Shown in pieces: positions 42,021-53,822 of a stretch of DNA of 64,000 nt; position 1 is the first letter of the stretch, and each line of letters opens with the position of its first letter. The translations under genes were made by a program, and so were the position numbers. The notes under the pieces are model-generated. The model was not told the origin of the DNA. It made no database searches and saw nothing but the letters and a program-made list of their open reading frames with translations. Source of the stretch: Escherichia coli (GTDB taxonomy: Bacteria > Pseudomonadota > Gammaproteobacteria > Enterobacterales > Enterobacteriaceae); NCBI RefSeq assembly GCF_024223415.1, contig NZ_CP100500.1; one strand, given 5' to 3'.

Positions 42021-43373
42021 TTAACGAAACACCACTTCCGCCCAGCGTGCCAGCCCGGCGGTGACGGAGCCAAAGTCATCGCCGCCTGCAATCGGAATTC
42101 CCGGCAACTGTTCTGCCAGCGCTTTTTTAATCAGCGGCGAACGGGCGCTACCGCCGGTCAGGTAGATAACGTCCGGTTTTTCCTGGGCGTTATCCAGGGC
42201 CAGTTGCACCTGTTCCAGAATCCGCGCCAGTGGCTGGCTGAGGGCGCTTTCCAGCCCTTGCTGGCTAATCAGCGTAGCCAGTTCATCGCTGATAAACGGC
42301 AGTGAGGCGCGGGTTTCCGCTACGCTTGAAAGAGCAATTTTGCACTCTTCTGCGCTACGCACCAGGCGATAGCTTAAACGCTGACGCCAGACTTTCTGTA
42401 GCAGGGCCACTTTTTCCGGTTCGCGGGCATCGCGTACCAGATCGTTAAGCAGACGACCGTTGGCACTACTGTAGAAATCACTCTGCGCAGGTACGTCGTT
42501 GATGGCAACCGCATTCCACCACGGCAGAATCGGCAGGGCGATGCCTTTTTCGGTTTCGCCACCCATGCCCAGTAACGGCATCAGGTTTTTAAACGCCAGT
42601 GCGATGTCCAGATCGTTACCGCCAATACGGCAACCACTGTGACCCAGCAGGCTGGCTTCACGATCGAGACGCGAACGCCACTGCGGCCCCATCAGCAGCA
42701 ATGAACAGTCAGTCGTACCACCGCCGATATCCACCACCAGCACCCGTTTTTCTTCCTGCAAGGTGGCTTCGTAATCCAGCCCAGCCGCGACCGGCTCGTA
42801 CTGGAATACCACGTCCCTGAATCCGGCACGCTTCGCCGCGCGTTCCAGAATCCCTTGCGCCTGGGCGTTTGCTTCATCGCCGCCCAGCCCCTGGAAGTTG
42901 ATCGGGCGACCAATCACCGCCTGAGTAATCGCTTCTGGCAGCTGCGCCTGCGCCTGCTGGCGAATGTGCAACATCATTGCGCAGACCAGATCCTCAAACA
43001 GCGCTACCTGCTGCGGTTTTAAGCCGCTGGCACCGAGGAACGATTTTGGTGATTTCACAAACCACACTTCTTCTGGATCATCAATGTACTGTGCCAGTGA
43101 GGAAAGACCGAACTGCACGCTTTTCGCCGTAACATCGATATCTTCTTCGCGGTTATAACGAATCGCCCGACGTAACAGCGCCTGCGTTTCATCGTCGTCT
43201 GCCGGAACATCATGATGGCGGTACAGCCATTCACTTACTGCTTCACGCGTTGGCGCGCAAAGCATTGAAGGCAGCAGCGTGCTGTCGTTTTCCATTTTCA
43301 GTAATTGCGGTTTACCGTCACGCATGACCGCCACTGAACAGTTTGCTGTACCGTAATCAAAACCAATAAACAC
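42021..43373 (-). CDS. yegD: Hsp70/actin-like ATPase chaperone
   Basis: 450 aa; Hsp70-family NBD motifs (IGFDYGTAN, DIGGGTTD). Confidence 0.9.
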   Translation of the reverse strand: MFIGFDYGTANCSVAVMRDGKPQLLKMENDSTLLPSMLCAPTREAVSEWLYRHHDVPADDDETQALLRRAIRYNREEDIDVTAKSVQFGLSSLAQYIDDPEEVWFVKSPKSFLGASGLKPQQVALFEDLVCAMMLHIRQQAQAQLPEAITQAVIGRPINFQGLGGDEANAQAQGILERAAKRAGFRDVVFQYEPVAAGLDYEATLQEEKRVLVVDIGGGTTDCSLLLMGPQWRSRLDREASLLGHSGCRIGGNDLDIALAFKNLMPLLGMGGETEKGIALPILPWWNAVAINDVPAQSDFYSSANGRLLNDLVRDAREPEKVALLQKVWRQRLSYRLVRSAEECKIALSSVAETRASLPFISDELATLISQQGLESALSQPLARILEQVQLALDNAQEKPDVIYLTGGSARSPLIKKALAEQLPGIPIAGGDDFGSVTAGLARWAEVVFR

Positions 43374-43506
43374 GAATTAATCCCCATGCCGGTGAAGAAG
43401 GGGCGTGACTTTAGCGAAATGTTGCCGTCGCGACAACCGGAATATGAAAGCAAAGCGTAGCGTCTGAATAACGTTTATGCTGAAAGCGGATGAATAAGGA
43501 GATGCG

Positions 43507-44355
43507 ATGTATACCCTGAACTGGCAGCCGCCGTATGACTGGTCGTGGATGTTGGGATTTCTCGCCGCCCGTGCGGTGAGTGGTGTGGAAACGGTCGCTG
43601 AGGATTATTATGCCCGTAGTCTGGCGGTGGGCGAATATCGCGGCGTGGTGACTGCTATTCCGGATATAGCCCGCCATACTCTGCACATAAATTTAAGTGC
43701 AGGTTTAGAACCCGTTGCCGCTGAGTGTCTGGCGAAAATGAGCCGCCTGTTTGATCTGCAATGTAACCCGCAGATTGTTAACGGTGCGTTGGGCAAGTTA
43801 GGCGCGGCGCGGCCCGGATTGCGTTTACCCGGCTGTATTGATGCTTTTGAGCAGGGTGTGCGGGCGATTTTAGGCCAACTGGTGAGCGTGGCGATGGCGG
43901 CAAAATTGACTGCCAAAGTTGTACAGCTTTATGGCGAACGGCTGGATGATTTTCCGGAGTATATCTGCTTCCCCACGCCTCAGCGGCTGGCAGCAGCCGA
44001 CCCGCAGGCATTAAAAGCGTTAGGCATGCCGTTGAAACGGGCAGAGGCACTGATTCATCTGGCAAATGCGGCGCTGGAGGGCAGCTTACCAATGACAATT
44101 CCGGGCGATGTGGAGCAGGCGATGAAAACGCTGCAAACTTTTCCGGGTATCGGGCGCTGGACGGCGAATTATTTCGCTTTGCGTGGCTGGCAGGCGAAAG
44201 ATGTTTTTCTGCCGGATGATTATCTGATTAAACAGCGATTTCCGGGGATGACACCGGCACAAATCCGCCGTTATGCCGAGCGCTGGAAGCCCTGGCGTTC
44301 TTATGCGCTGTTGCATATCTGGTATACGGAAGGCTGGCAACCAGACGAAGCATGA
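43507..44355 (+). CDS. alkA: 3-methyladenine DNA glycosylase II
   Basis: 282 aa, recognised AlkA with HhH-GPD region. Confidence 0.95.
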   Translation: MYTLNWQPPYDWSWMLGFLAARAVSGVETVAEDYYARSLAVGEYRGVVTAIPDIARHTLHINLSAGLEPVAAECLAKMSRLFDLQCNPQIVNGALGKLGAARPGLRLPGCIDAFEQGVRAILGQLVSVAMAAKLTAKVVQLYGERLDDFPEYICFPTPQRLAAADPQALKALGMPLKRAEALIHLANAALEGSLPMTIPGDVEQAMKTLQTFPGIGRWTANYFALRGWQAKDVFLPDDYLIKQRFPGMTPAQIRRYAERWKPWRSYALLHIWYTEGWQPDEA

Positions 44356-44359
44356 CGTT

Positions 44360-44445
44360 GGTCGCCGGATGCGGTGCGAGCGCCTTATCCGGCCTGGGGA
44401 ATGAGCGATTTGTAGGCATGATAAGACGCGTTAGCGTCGCATCAG
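44360..44445. repeat. REP elements
   Basis: GCCGGATGCGG / GACGCATCAGGC-type palindromic units. Confidence 0.65.
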
Positions 44446-44463
44446 GCGATGGGGAAGCACGCC

Positions 44464-47400
44464 TCAGTTAATCGCGAAATAACTACTATTCACCAGCAAA
44501 TCCAGCGGTTGGGCATCGGCAATCACCTCACCATAAATCAGATCGACGCCGATGCCAGAAAGCGTATCCATCACTAAGGGTAAAACGACTGGCCCGGCGA
44601 TGGTTTTCATCCCGAGTCGCTGAGCGTGCCCCTGAATAATCGTAATCAGCATCTCATCCATCAAATTACCCTGCACGTTGGCGCATAACTCACCATCAAG
44701 TAGCAGGTAATCTGCCATATTCGCTTTCAGCGAGTTGAAGATTTGCAGATCGCGGCCCACCTGGCTGAGCACTATCCGACATCCCGCCAGCCGCAGTTTT
44801 TGCACGCTTTCTGCGTGATCTAAAATCGCTTCAGCCGGAATAATCAGATGTAATAACCGTGGTGGTAGAGGGCTATTTTCCAGCTGCTCAAGCAGATCAT
44901 TCACCAGCGTGGCGCTACTCAAACCGGCAACGGAAAGGGGGAGGGAGATGCTTATGCCTTTACTGGCAACCGCTTTTGCGGCCTGCTGGAAAAATTCGTG
45001 GAATACCCGGCGGTCAAGAGCATGGCTAAGCGCCGGATCGCTGAAGCTACGACGAAATGTTTGTTCATCAATAATCTCGCCTTCGCAACTCCAGAGCTTA
45101 AGTGAAATCAGCCACAAATTACGCGCTTCCGGGATCCGTGGCGAAGCGACACCGTGGGCGAGCATCATCAACTGATTCTCTTTAATCATCCGCCACTGTT
45201 CATCAAGCGACATCGCCGCCCGTTCGCTATGTGCGGCAGCTTGCTGCGGTTCGTAAACCGTCACCCGGCCCCGGCCACCATTTTTGGAGGCATAACAGGC
45301 GATATCAGCCTGCGACATCACTTCTGCCGCCTGATGATTGTTGTCATCAATCAAGGTAATCCCGGCACTGGCACCTACCCGATGCACACGGCCTTCCCAT
45401 ATAAAGTGATAGTCATTCACGGCACTGATAATGCGTGTAGCGATAAAACGCGCGCTTTCAACATTACAGTCTGGTAGCAGCAGACCAAATTCATCCCCAC
45501 CGAGTCGCGCCAGCACGTCGCTGGAACGCAGCATACTCAGCATTAACGACGCCAGTTCGCGCAGCAAAGCGTCACCCGCCGCATGCCCGGCGCTGTCATT
45601 CACCGCTTTAAAGCGATCAAGATCGATAAACACCAGGGCATGTCGCTGATGTGTACTGTTTACCGTTTGCAGCAGGATACGCAGTTGTTTCTCAAAACTG
45701 GCGCGGTTGGCGAGATGCGTCAGTGCATCATGGGAGGCGCTGTAGCTCAGCTGGCGCAGCATTTTGCGTGATTCGGTAACGTCCTGAATCACCAGAACCG
45801 AACCAATATTGCTGCCGTCCAGAGTACTTAACGGCGTAATACAGTAATGCACGTCGTAACTGCCGCCGCTCCGACAGTGCAACACCACATCTTGCTCGAT
45901 CGCGGAACGTGAGGTGTCGGCACTGTAAATGTTCTCCATTAATGGTCCGTTGTCGCCAAAAGTAATATGCAACACCGTCAGGAGCGGAACACCTAACGCT
46001 TCTTCCTGCGTCCAGCCGCTCATCTTCTCCGCCACTGGATTCATAAAGGTAATTTTCATCGCCATATCAATACAGACCACGGCTTCACCGATGGAATCAA
46101 GCGTAATGTGCAGGCGCTCTTTTTCCTGAAACAATGCCTCGTTAAGCTGTTTAACCTCAGTCATATCCATATTAATGCCGAGCAGGCGTTCGACTTCGCC
46201 TTCTTTATTCAGTACCCGGTTGGCGAGGGCGCGGATATGGCGGATGCCATCTTTCACGGCAATGCGAAATTCCAGCTTAAAGGGCGAGCGTGATTGCAAC
46301 GAATCACGAATCACTTTTTCGGCGTGTTGGCGATCTTCCGGCAATACACACTCGTACCACACCTGCCAGTTCGGTTTGATATGCGGAGGAATTTCATACA
46401 GCTCGAACATCCGCTTATCCCAGCTAAAAATATTCGGCTTCAACTCCCACTCCCAGATGCCAATCCCGCCCGCTTCGTTAGCCAGCGTGATGCGCTCCAT
46501 CAGTTGCTGATTGACCTGTTCGGTGCGTTTTAGCTCGTTAATGTCTTCAATCTGAGCGATAAAATAGAGCGGCGTGCCATCCGTGTGGCGCACCAGTGAG
46601 ACGGCAAGCAACGCCCAGACAACATCGCCATTGCGGTTGTAGTAGCGTTTTTCCATTGAATAGGTGTTTATTTCACCGCTTATCAGCTTTTCAACCTGTT
46701 GGAGATCTTTATTGAGATCCTCCGGCCAGGTCAGTTGCTGAAAGGTGAGTCCGCGCAGCTCTTCCTGACTGTACCCGAGAAACTGGCAGAGCGCTTTGTT
46801 GGTTTGCAGCCATTGTCCCTCGGTGCCCACTAACGCCATACCGATAGCGGAATATTCCATCGCGTTCCGAAAGTGGGTTTCGCTTTCGGAAATGTGTTTG
46901 CGTTCCGCACGAAAGGCATACATCACCATGGTCATGATGTTGGCGGGCAGCAGGATCAGCAAAAACGGTAGCCACGGCATATGGCTCATCAGGTACGTAC
47001 GCGGCGTAGCAAGCAGGGAGGGATCCGCGGCCATCATCAGCGACACCATCATCACCGTGGTAAGGAAGATCAAAAAGGCTTCCATTCGTGGCAGACGCAC
47101 GGCGCTCCACATCAACAGCACAATAATGAAAGTAAAAGGCCACGGCAGATACAGCATCGAAAGCCAGCTTAACGTCAGTGTGATGGCTAACGTGAGCAGC
47201 GACTCAAAAAGCAACCGTGGGTTGCGATGGCGCAGCAGATAGTGTGGTTTAAATAACAATCCCAGCGGCACCAGTGCCAGAGCGCCGATGGATTCTGACA
47301 GTACCCATATCAAAAATGCCCTGAGAGGATCGTCTCCGGGCGTCAGCAGGACAACCAGAACACCCCCCAACAGAGGCGGAACAATGGCGCTGCCGAGTGC

Positions 47401-47781
47401 CAGACGCAGCCAGTCAGCCAGATTTTGCAAGGGGTTATACCACGGCAGCAATTTACGTAGCAGCACTGCCCCGACCACGGCTTCAACAATATTGATGGTC
47501 GTCCAGGTCATGTTCAGCGAGCTGGTGGAAAAAAGCAGGATGGATGCGGCGATATTTCCCAGCGAACAGCTCAGCGCAATTCCCGGCCACATGCGCCCGG
47601 CATGGCGATAAAACGCCACCATCATGATGGACGTCGGGAACCACAGTGGGGCGAGTTGGGTGCCAAACTGCGAAAGCTCAAGCGAGAAAAGGGTAAAGAT
47701 AAACGAGACTAAACCTAAACTGACCAGGTGAAGCAGCGGGTGGGGCAGGGCAATTAATACATGCTGTGATTGTTTGCTCAT
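44464..47781 (-). CDS. dgcE: multidomain diguanylate cyclase (MASE1 - PAS - GGDEF - EAL)
   Basis: 1105 aa; N-terminal polytopic domain, PAS region, GGDEF motif (RLGGDEFGLL), C-terminal EAL-like domain. Confidence 0.9.
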   Translation of the reverse strand: MSKQSQHVLIALPHPLLHLVSLGLVSFIFTLFSLELSQFGTQLAPLWFPTSIMMVAFYRHAGRMWPGIALSCSLGNIAASILLFSTSSLNMTWTTINIVEAVVGAVLLRKLLPWYNPLQNLADWLRLALGSAIVPPLLGGVLVVLLTPGDDPLRAFLIWVLSESIGALALVPLGLLFKPHYLLRHRNPRLLFESLLTLAITLTLSWLSMLYLPWPFTFIIVLLMWSAVRLPRMEAFLIFLTTVMMVSLMMAADPSLLATPRTYLMSHMPWLPFLLILLPANIMTMVMYAFRAERKHISESETHFRNAMEYSAIGMALVGTEGQWLQTNKALCQFLGYSQEELRGLTFQQLTWPEDLNKDLQQVEKLISGEINTYSMEKRYYNRNGDVVWALLAVSLVRHTDGTPLYFIAQIEDINELKRTEQVNQQLMERITLANEAGGIGIWEWELKPNIFSWDKRMFELYEIPPHIKPNWQVWYECVLPEDRQHAEKVIRDSLQSRSPFKLEFRIAVKDGIRHIRALANRVLNKEGEVERLLGINMDMTEVKQLNEALFQEKERLHITLDSIGEAVVCIDMAMKITFMNPVAEKMSGWTQEEALGVPLLTVLHITFGDNGPLMENIYSADTSRSAIEQDVVLHCRSGGSYDVHYCITPLSTLDGSNIGSVLVIQDVTESRKMLRQLSYSASHDALTHLANRASFEKQLRILLQTVNSTHQRHALVFIDLDRFKAVNDSAGHAAGDALLRELASLMLSMLRSSDVLARLGGDEFGLLLPDCNVESARFIATRIISAVNDYHFIWEGRVHRVGASAGITLIDDNNHQAAEVMSQADIACYASKNGGRGRVTVYEPQQAAAHSERAAMSLDEQWRMIKENQLMMLAHGVASPRIPEARNLWLISLKLWSCEGEIIDEQTFRRSFSDPALSHALDRRVFHEFFQQAAKAVASKGISISLPLSVAGLSSATLVNDLLEQLENSPLPPRLLHLIIPAEAILDHAESVQKLRLAGCRIVLSQVGRDLQIFNSLKANMADYLLLDGELCANVQGNLMDEMLITIIQGHAQRLGMKTIAGPVVLPLVMDTLSGIGVDLIYGEVIADAQPLDLLVNSSYFAIN

Positions 47782-48098
47782 TACCGCTTTATCCGCAAGA
47801 CCTGGTCGCCAGTATTCGTTTCTGTGTTTATGCTAGTACAAAAGTTTTACATTTTATATGCGAATTGCTCATAAAGTGACGTAAAGGCGGATAATTTGCG
47901 CAACTGCGTATAACATTTTTTACCTTACATAAAACTGATCAACGTAATTTGCCCCCGGGAATTCTTTGTCAACAATTAACTCTGAGCGCGCGGCAACGCT
48001 ATTCGACTGGTATCAGACGGATGAAATCCCTATAATTGCCGCGTTTGGCGCTTCGTCGCCCCCTTCCTAACATCCAGGTTAATCAGGTCGCTAAATAT

Positions 48099-48740
48099 AT
48101 GACTGATCAGTCTCATCAGTGCGTCATTATCGGTATCGCTGGCGCATCGGCTTCCGGCAAGAGTCTTATTGCCAGTACCCTTTATCGTGAATTGCGTGAG
48201 CAAGTCGGTGATGAACACATCGGCGTAATTCCCGAAGACTGCTATTACAAAGATCAAAGCCATCTGTCGATGGAAGAACGCGTTAAGACCAACTACGACC
48301 ATCCCAGCGCGATGGATCACAGTCTGCTGCTTGAGCATTTACAAGCGTTGAAACGCGGCTCGGCAATTGACCTGCCGGTTTACAGCTATGTTGAACATAC
48401 GCGTATGAAAGAAACGGTGACGGTTGAGCCGAAGAAGGTCATCATTCTCGAAGGCATTTTGTTGCTGACGGATGCGCGTTTGCGTGACGAACTTAACTTC
48501 TCCATTTTCGTTGATACCCCGCTGGATATCTGCCTGATGCGCCGCATCAAGCGTGACGTTAACGAGCGTGGGCGTTCAATGGATTCAGTGATGGCGCAAT
48601 ATCAAAAAACCGTGCGCCCGATGTTCCTGCAATTCATTGAGCCTTCTAAACAATATGCGGACATTATCGTGCCGCGCGGCGGGAAAAACCGCATCGCGAT
48701 CGATATATTGAAAGCGAAAATAAGTCAGTTCTTTGAATAA
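48099..48740 (+). CDS. udk: uridine/cytidine kinase
   Basis: Start at [22 protein letters not shown] (213 aa, P-loop). Confidence 0.95.
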
Positions 48741-48831
48741 GCTTGATAAATTGTGTACCGTTCAGTGATAACCTGGTATGCCCTTGACGTAATTGGCGTT
48801 AAGGGAGTGATGCGCGAAAGGAGAAAATGCC

Positions 48832-49413
48832 ATGCGTCTGTGTGACCGAGATATTGAAGCCTGGCTTGATGAAGGCCGTTTGTCGATCAACCCACGTCCG
48901 CCAGTGGAGCGTATTAACGGCGCGACGGTGGATGTACGCCTGGGCAATAAATTTCGTACCTTCCGTGGTCACACGGCAGCGTTTATCGATCTGAGCGGTC
49001 CCAAAGATGAAGTGAGCGCCGCGCTTGACCGCGTGATGAGCGATGAGATCGTTCTCGACGAGGGCGAGGCGTTCTATCTTCACCCAGGAGAGCTGGCGCT
49101 GGCGGTGACGCTGGAGTCGGTGACGCTGCCAGCCGATCTGGTGGGCTGGCTGGACGGGCGTTCCTCACTGGCGCGTCTGGGGCTGATGGTGCACGTCACC
49201 GCGCACCGCATCGATCCGGGCTGGTCTGGTTGCATTGTGCTGGAGTTCTACAACTCCGGTAAGCTGCCGCTGGCGCTGCGTCCGGGCATGTTAATTGGTG
49301 CGCTGAGCTTTGAGCCGCTTTCCGGCCCGGCGGCGCGACCTTACAACCGCCGTGAAGATGCGAAATATCGCAACCAGCAGGGCGCGGTAGCCAGCCGAAT
49401 CGATAAAGACTAA
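48832..49413 (+). CDS. dcd: dCTP deaminase
   Basis: 193 aa, recognised Dcd. Confidence 0.95.
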
Positions 49414-49434
49414 TTCAGGCCCATTGAGGATACC

Positions 49435-51288
49435 ATGAGACGATTTCTGACGACGCTGATGATACTCCTGGTCGTGCTGGTGGCCGGGTTATCTGCGTTA
49501 GTGTTGCTGGTGAATCCGAATGATTTCCGCGACTATATGGTCAAGCAAGTTGCTGCACGTAGCGGTTATCAATTGCAGCTCGACGGGCCACTGCGTTGGC
49601 ACGTCTGGCCGCAGCTTAGTATCCTCTCCGGGCGAATGTCTCTCACCGCCCAGGGCGCAAGCCAGCCACTGGTTCGCGCCGACAACATGCGTCTGGACGT
49701 GGCGCTTTTACCACTACTGAGTCATCAACTGAGCGTTAAGCAGGTGATGCTAAAAGGGGCAGTGATCCAACTGACGCCGCAGACGGAAGCGGTGCGCAGT
49801 GAAGACGCTCCGGTTGCACCGCGCGACAATACCTTGCCGGATCTGTCAGACGATCGCGGATGGTCGTTTGATATATCCAGTCTTAAGGTGGCGGACAGCG
49901 TTCTGGTGTTCCAGCATGAAGATGACGAGCAGGTGACAATCCGCAATATCCGCCTGCAAATGGAACAAGATCCCCAACATCGTGGCTCATTTGAGTTTTC
50001 TGGGCGGGTTAATCGCGATCAGCGCGATCTCACGATATCCCTTAACGGTACGGTAGATGCTTCTGATTATCCGCATGATTTAACGGCGGCTATTGAACAA
50101 ATTAACTGGCAGTTGCAGGGTGCCGATTTACCAAAACAAGGTATTCAGGGGCAGGGGAGTTTCCAGGCCCAGTGGCAGGAGTCACATAAACGCCTTTCAT
50201 TTAACCAAATCAGCTTGACCGCCAATGACAGTACGCTGAGCGGGCAAGCACAGGTTACGCTGACAGAGAAACCGGAATGGCAGCTGAGGCTGCAATTCCC
50301 GCAACTGAATCTTGACAACCTCATCCCGCTTAATGAAACAGCGAATGGTGAAAACGGTGCCGCGCAGCAGGGGCAGAGCCAATCAACGTTGCCGCGCCCG
50401 GTTATTTCTTCGCGTATTGATGAACCGGCCTATCAGGGACTGCAAGGCTTTACGGCTGATATTTTGTTGCAGGTCAGTAACGTGCGCTGGCGCGGAATGA
50501 ATTTTACAGATGTTGCCACGCAAATGACCAACAAGTCGGGTTTGCTGGAAATTACTCAACTGCAGGGCAAGCTTAACGGTGGACAGGTTTCACTGCCGGG
50601 CACGCTGGACGCGACATCAATAAATCCGCGGATAAACTTCCAGCCACGGCTGGAAAACGTTGAGATTGGTACCATTCTGAAGGCGTTTAACTATCCGATT
50701 TCGTTGACCGGAAAAATGTCACTGGCTGGTGATTTCTCCGGTGCTGACATAGATGCCGACGCATTCCGCCACAACTGGCAAGGACAGGCACATGTCGAAA
50801 TGACCGACACGCGCATGGAAGGGATGAACTTCCAGCAGATGATTCAGCAAGCGGTAGAGCGTAATGGCGGTGATGTGAAGGCCGCTGAAAACTTTGATAA
50901 CGTGACGCGGCTTGACCGCTTTACCACCGATTTGACGTTGAAGGATGGCGTCGTGACGTTAAACGACATGCAAGGTCAATCGCCTGTGCTGGCGCTGACA
51001 GGGGAAGGCATGTTGAATCTGGCAGATCAAACCTGCGACACCCAGTTTGATATTCGGGTCGTGGGTGGCTGGAACGGGGAAAGCAAACTGATTGATTTCC
51101 TGAAAGAAACGCCAGTACCGCTGCGGGTTTATGGCAACTGGCAGCAACTCAATTACAGCCTGCAAGTGGATCAGTTACTGCGCAAACATCTACAGGACGA
51201 AGCGAAACGTCGCCTGAATGACTGGGCCGAGCGGAATAAAGATTCCCGTAATGGCAAAGATGTGAAGAAGTTGCTTGAGAAGATGTAG
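49435..51288 (+). CDS. asmA: outer-membrane assembly protein AsmA
   Basis: 617 aa, N-terminal TM anchor. Confidence 0.95.
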   Translation: MRRFLTTLMILLVVLVAGLSALVLLVNPNDFRDYMVKQVAARSGYQLQLDGPLRWHVWPQLSILSGRMSLTAQGASQPLVRADNMRLDVALLPLLSHQLSVKQVMLKGAVIQLTPQTEAVRSEDAPVAPRDNTLPDLSDDRGWSFDISSLKVADSVLVFQHEDDEQVTIRNIRLQMEQDPQHRGSFEFSGRVNRDQRDLTISLNGTVDASDYPHDLTAAIEQINWQLQGADLPKQGIQGQGSFQAQWQESHKRLSFNQISLTANDSTLSGQAQVTLTEKPEWQLRLQFPQLNLDNLIPLNETANGENGAAQQGQSQSTLPRPVISSRIDEPAYQGLQGFTADILLQVSNVRWRGMNFTDVATQMTNKSGLLEITQLQGKLNGGQVSLPGTLDATSINPRINFQPRLENVEIGTILKAFNYPISLTGKMSLAGDFSGADIDADAFRHNWQGQAHVEMTDTRMEGMNFQQMIQQAVERNGGDVKAAENFDNVTRLDRFTTDLTLKDGVVTLNDMQGQSPVLALTGEGMLNLADQTCDTQFDIRVVGGWNGESKLIDFLKETPVPLRVYGNWQQLNYSLQVDQLLRKHLQDEAKRRLNDWAERNKDSRNGKDVKKLLEKM

Positions 51289-51305
51289 GTTACCAGGTGA
51301 CCAGT

Positions 51306-51346
51306 CCTGTAGGCCTGATAAGACACGTAAAGCGTCGCATCAGGCG
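51306..51346. repeat. REP element
   Basis: GCCTGATAAGAC ... GCGTCGCATCAGGC palindrome. Confidence 0.65.
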
Positions 51347-51580
51347 TTCGTGGCGGCATCATTATATTCTGAATATGTAAGATCGAAGGCTGTGCCGTTC
51401 ACTTGATGTTCCTCGTTACTATGGAACGCTCAAGCCGGTGAACGTGCCAGGGTGGCTCAATCGCCACCACCCTGGCAACCCGGGCCCACACCCCCGCTGT
51501 GATGTCCATGTACCACAGACAACGCTTCATTGCTGAAGTTATAAGGCGTTACGCAGCATCGGGTAAAATGACCGATACCA

Positions 51581-53164
51581 TCACACCTCGTACTCCATCT
51601 CGCCATCCTTACGCAGCGGTATAATCTGCACCTTCTGCACGCGATGGCTTTCTACCTGCAACGTTTTAAGCAAATAATCCCCCACCTGAACTTCTTCGCC
51701 AGGTTTTGGAATACGCTGCAAATACTCCATCAACAGCCCGGCAATGGTGTGATATTCACGTTTTTCATCCAGCGGCAGCGGCACATATTGCACCAGATCC
51801 TCCAGCGGCATATGACCATTCGCCGTCCAGGAACCGTCCGCATTCTTCTGAATATCATGGCGGGCGTCGATCTCTTCCACTTCGTTCGGTAAGTTACCGG
51901 CAATGGTTTCAGTGACGTCACTTAATGTCACAATCCCTTCCACCGAGCCAAACTCATCCACCACAAAAGCAAAGTGCGTGCGGGCATTACGGAACTGCTC
52001 CAGGGCAGGTAACAACGGCAAGGTTTCCGGGAACACCAGCGGCTGGCGAATCAACACCCGCAGGTTGAGCGGTTCGCCGCGCAGAGACTGTTGTAGCAGG
52101 TCGATAACGTGAACAACACCGAGCAAATCTTCTGCGTCATCACCGTCGGTAACCACCAGCCGCGTATGCTGATTTCGCTCCAGCAACTGGCGGATCTCGT
52201 CTTCCGGCGCGTTGAGATCGATATGCTCAATATCGTGGCGCGACGTCATAATGCTGCTGACGGTACGCTGGTTAAGATTTAGTACCCGCTCAATCATCCG
52301 CCGTTCCTGCGGATTAAAGATCTGCTGGTTACCATGATCCACCAGCATGGACGCGGTTTCGGCGTCCAGTTCCGCATCTTCTTTTTGCCCGCTAAGCAGG
52401 CGCATTACCGCTTCGGTAGTCCGCTGGCGCAGCGTCTGGTTAGCGGAAAGAAAACGTCGCCGGTTAAAGATAGCCAACTGATTGAGCGCCTCGATCATCA
52501 CCGAGAAACCAATGGCAGCGTACAGGTAGCCTTTCGGAATGACGAAGCCGAAACCTTCTGCCACCAGGCTAAAGCCAATCATCAACAGGAAGCTTAAGCA
52601 GAGAATAACGATCGTCGGGTGACTGTTAACAAATTGCGTTAACGGCTTGCTGGCCATCAACATCAGGCTGATAGCGATAACCACGGCGGCCATCATGACC
52701 AGTAAATGGTCGACCATCCCGACGGCGGTAATCACTGAGTCGAGTGAGAAAATGGCGTCCAGTACCACAATTTGCGTCACCACGCCCCAGAACTTCGCAC
52801 CTTTGCGTTGTGTGGGATTATTGCTGTCTTTCCCTTCCAGCCGTTCGTTCAGCTCCATCGTGGCTTTGAACAACAGGAAGAAACCACCAAACAGCATGAT
52901 TAAGTCGCGGGCGCTAAAGGTAAACGAGCGGAAGCTGAACAGCGGTTGAGTCAGGGTGACCAGCCAGGAGATTGACGCCAGCAGTAACAGGCGCATTAAC
53001 ATTGCCAGCAGCAGCCCGGTAACCCGTGCGCGGTCACGCTGCTTCGGCGGTAGTTTTTCGGCGAGGATGGCAATAAAGACCAGGTTATCAATGCCGAGGA
53101 CCAGTTCGATCACAATCAGCGTGATTAACCCGGCCCAGATAGACGGATCGGCAATCCATTCCAT
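51581..53164 (-). CDS. yegH: TerC-family membrane protein with CBS and CorC domains
   Basis: Start at [13 protein letters not shown] giving 527 aa. Confidence 0.9.
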   Translation of the reverse strand: MEWIADPSIWAGLITLIVIELVLGIDNLVFIAILAEKLPPKQRDRARVTGLLLAMLMRLLLLASISWLVTLTQPLFSFRSFTFSARDLIMLFGGFFLLFKATMELNERLEGKDSNNPTQRKGAKFWGVVTQIVVLDAIFSLDSVITAVGMVDHLLVMMAAVVIAISLMLMASKPLTQFVNSHPTIVILCLSFLLMIGFSLVAEGFGFVIPKGYLYAAIGFSVMIEALNQLAIFNRRRFLSANQTLRQRTTEAVMRLLSGQKEDAELDAETASMLVDHGNQQIFNPQERRMIERVLNLNQRTVSSIMTSRHDIEHIDLNAPEDEIRQLLERNQHTRLVVTDGDDAEDLLGVVHVIDLLQQSLRGEPLNLRVLIRQPLVFPETLPLLPALEQFRNARTHFAFVVDEFGSVEGIVTLSDVTETIAGNLPNEVEEIDARHDIQKNADGSWTANGHMPLEDLVQYVPLPLDEKREYHTIAGLLMEYLQRIPKPGEEVQVGDYLLKTLQVESHRVQKVQIIPLRKDGEMEYEV

Positions 53165-53632
53165 AGTAAGTACAAAACCTATTCGTTGTATGACAAATGT
53201 CACAATTCGATCATGGATAAATCGGGGCAAAAATGCAATGTTGCAGCACTATTTATCTCATATTATTTGAGGGTAATAACCTCACATTATCCCTGAATTA
53301 AAAGTGGTAATAATAAAACATTATTTAAGAAATATCGCATGTGGAGGCGCAATATTAAATATTGTCAACCTAAAGAAACTCCTAAAAACCATATTGAATG
53401 ACACTTAATATAATTCTTAAAAATAGCCAATTGCCGAATTGTTACCTTGCCTGCTATTCCGTTAGCTGTAACACTTCCTCCTGCATTATTGGAGAGCCAA
53501 TATTCAATTACCATAATGTCACCTTATATTCGGAAGTTAATTTCCGCAATAACCCTTTCTCATCAACGATTGTATGCAGAGAGGGTTTGAAAAATTAAGC
53601 TAAATCAGTGTATTGGTAGCTAAAAAGCCAGG

Positions 53633-53644
53633 GGCGGTAGCGTG
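53633..53644 (+). promoter_or_regulatory. ops element (GGCGGTAGCGTG) / JUMPstart, RfaH recruitment site in cps leader
   Basis: Exact ops consensus in long AT-rich leader about 180 bp upstream of wza. Confidence 0.75.
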
Positions 53645-53822
53645 TCTGGATGCCTGAAAGACCAGTCTGAATTATTCTGTCAATAGCCTGCGGATGAAAT
53701 CAATTTTTTTAGGACTGATGCCAGTTAAATTTGTATTCAATTAACTGCAAGGTAAATGTGCATGGCGACATTGCTATTAATAGTGCACAGGATAATTACT
53801 CTGCCAAAGTGATAAATAAACA

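Noticed and set aside
44909-47611. Multiple plus-strand ORFs inside dgcE
   Set aside because: Antisense shadow ORFs within a 1105-aa gene with recognisable GGDEF and EAL motifs.
51380-51480. Hairpin GCCAGGGTGG...CCACCCTGGC between asmA and yegH as a possible sRNA or terminator
   Set aside because: No flanking T-run on either strand and no promoter signal; could be a REP-like or structural palindrome, but evidence is insufficient to call a feature.
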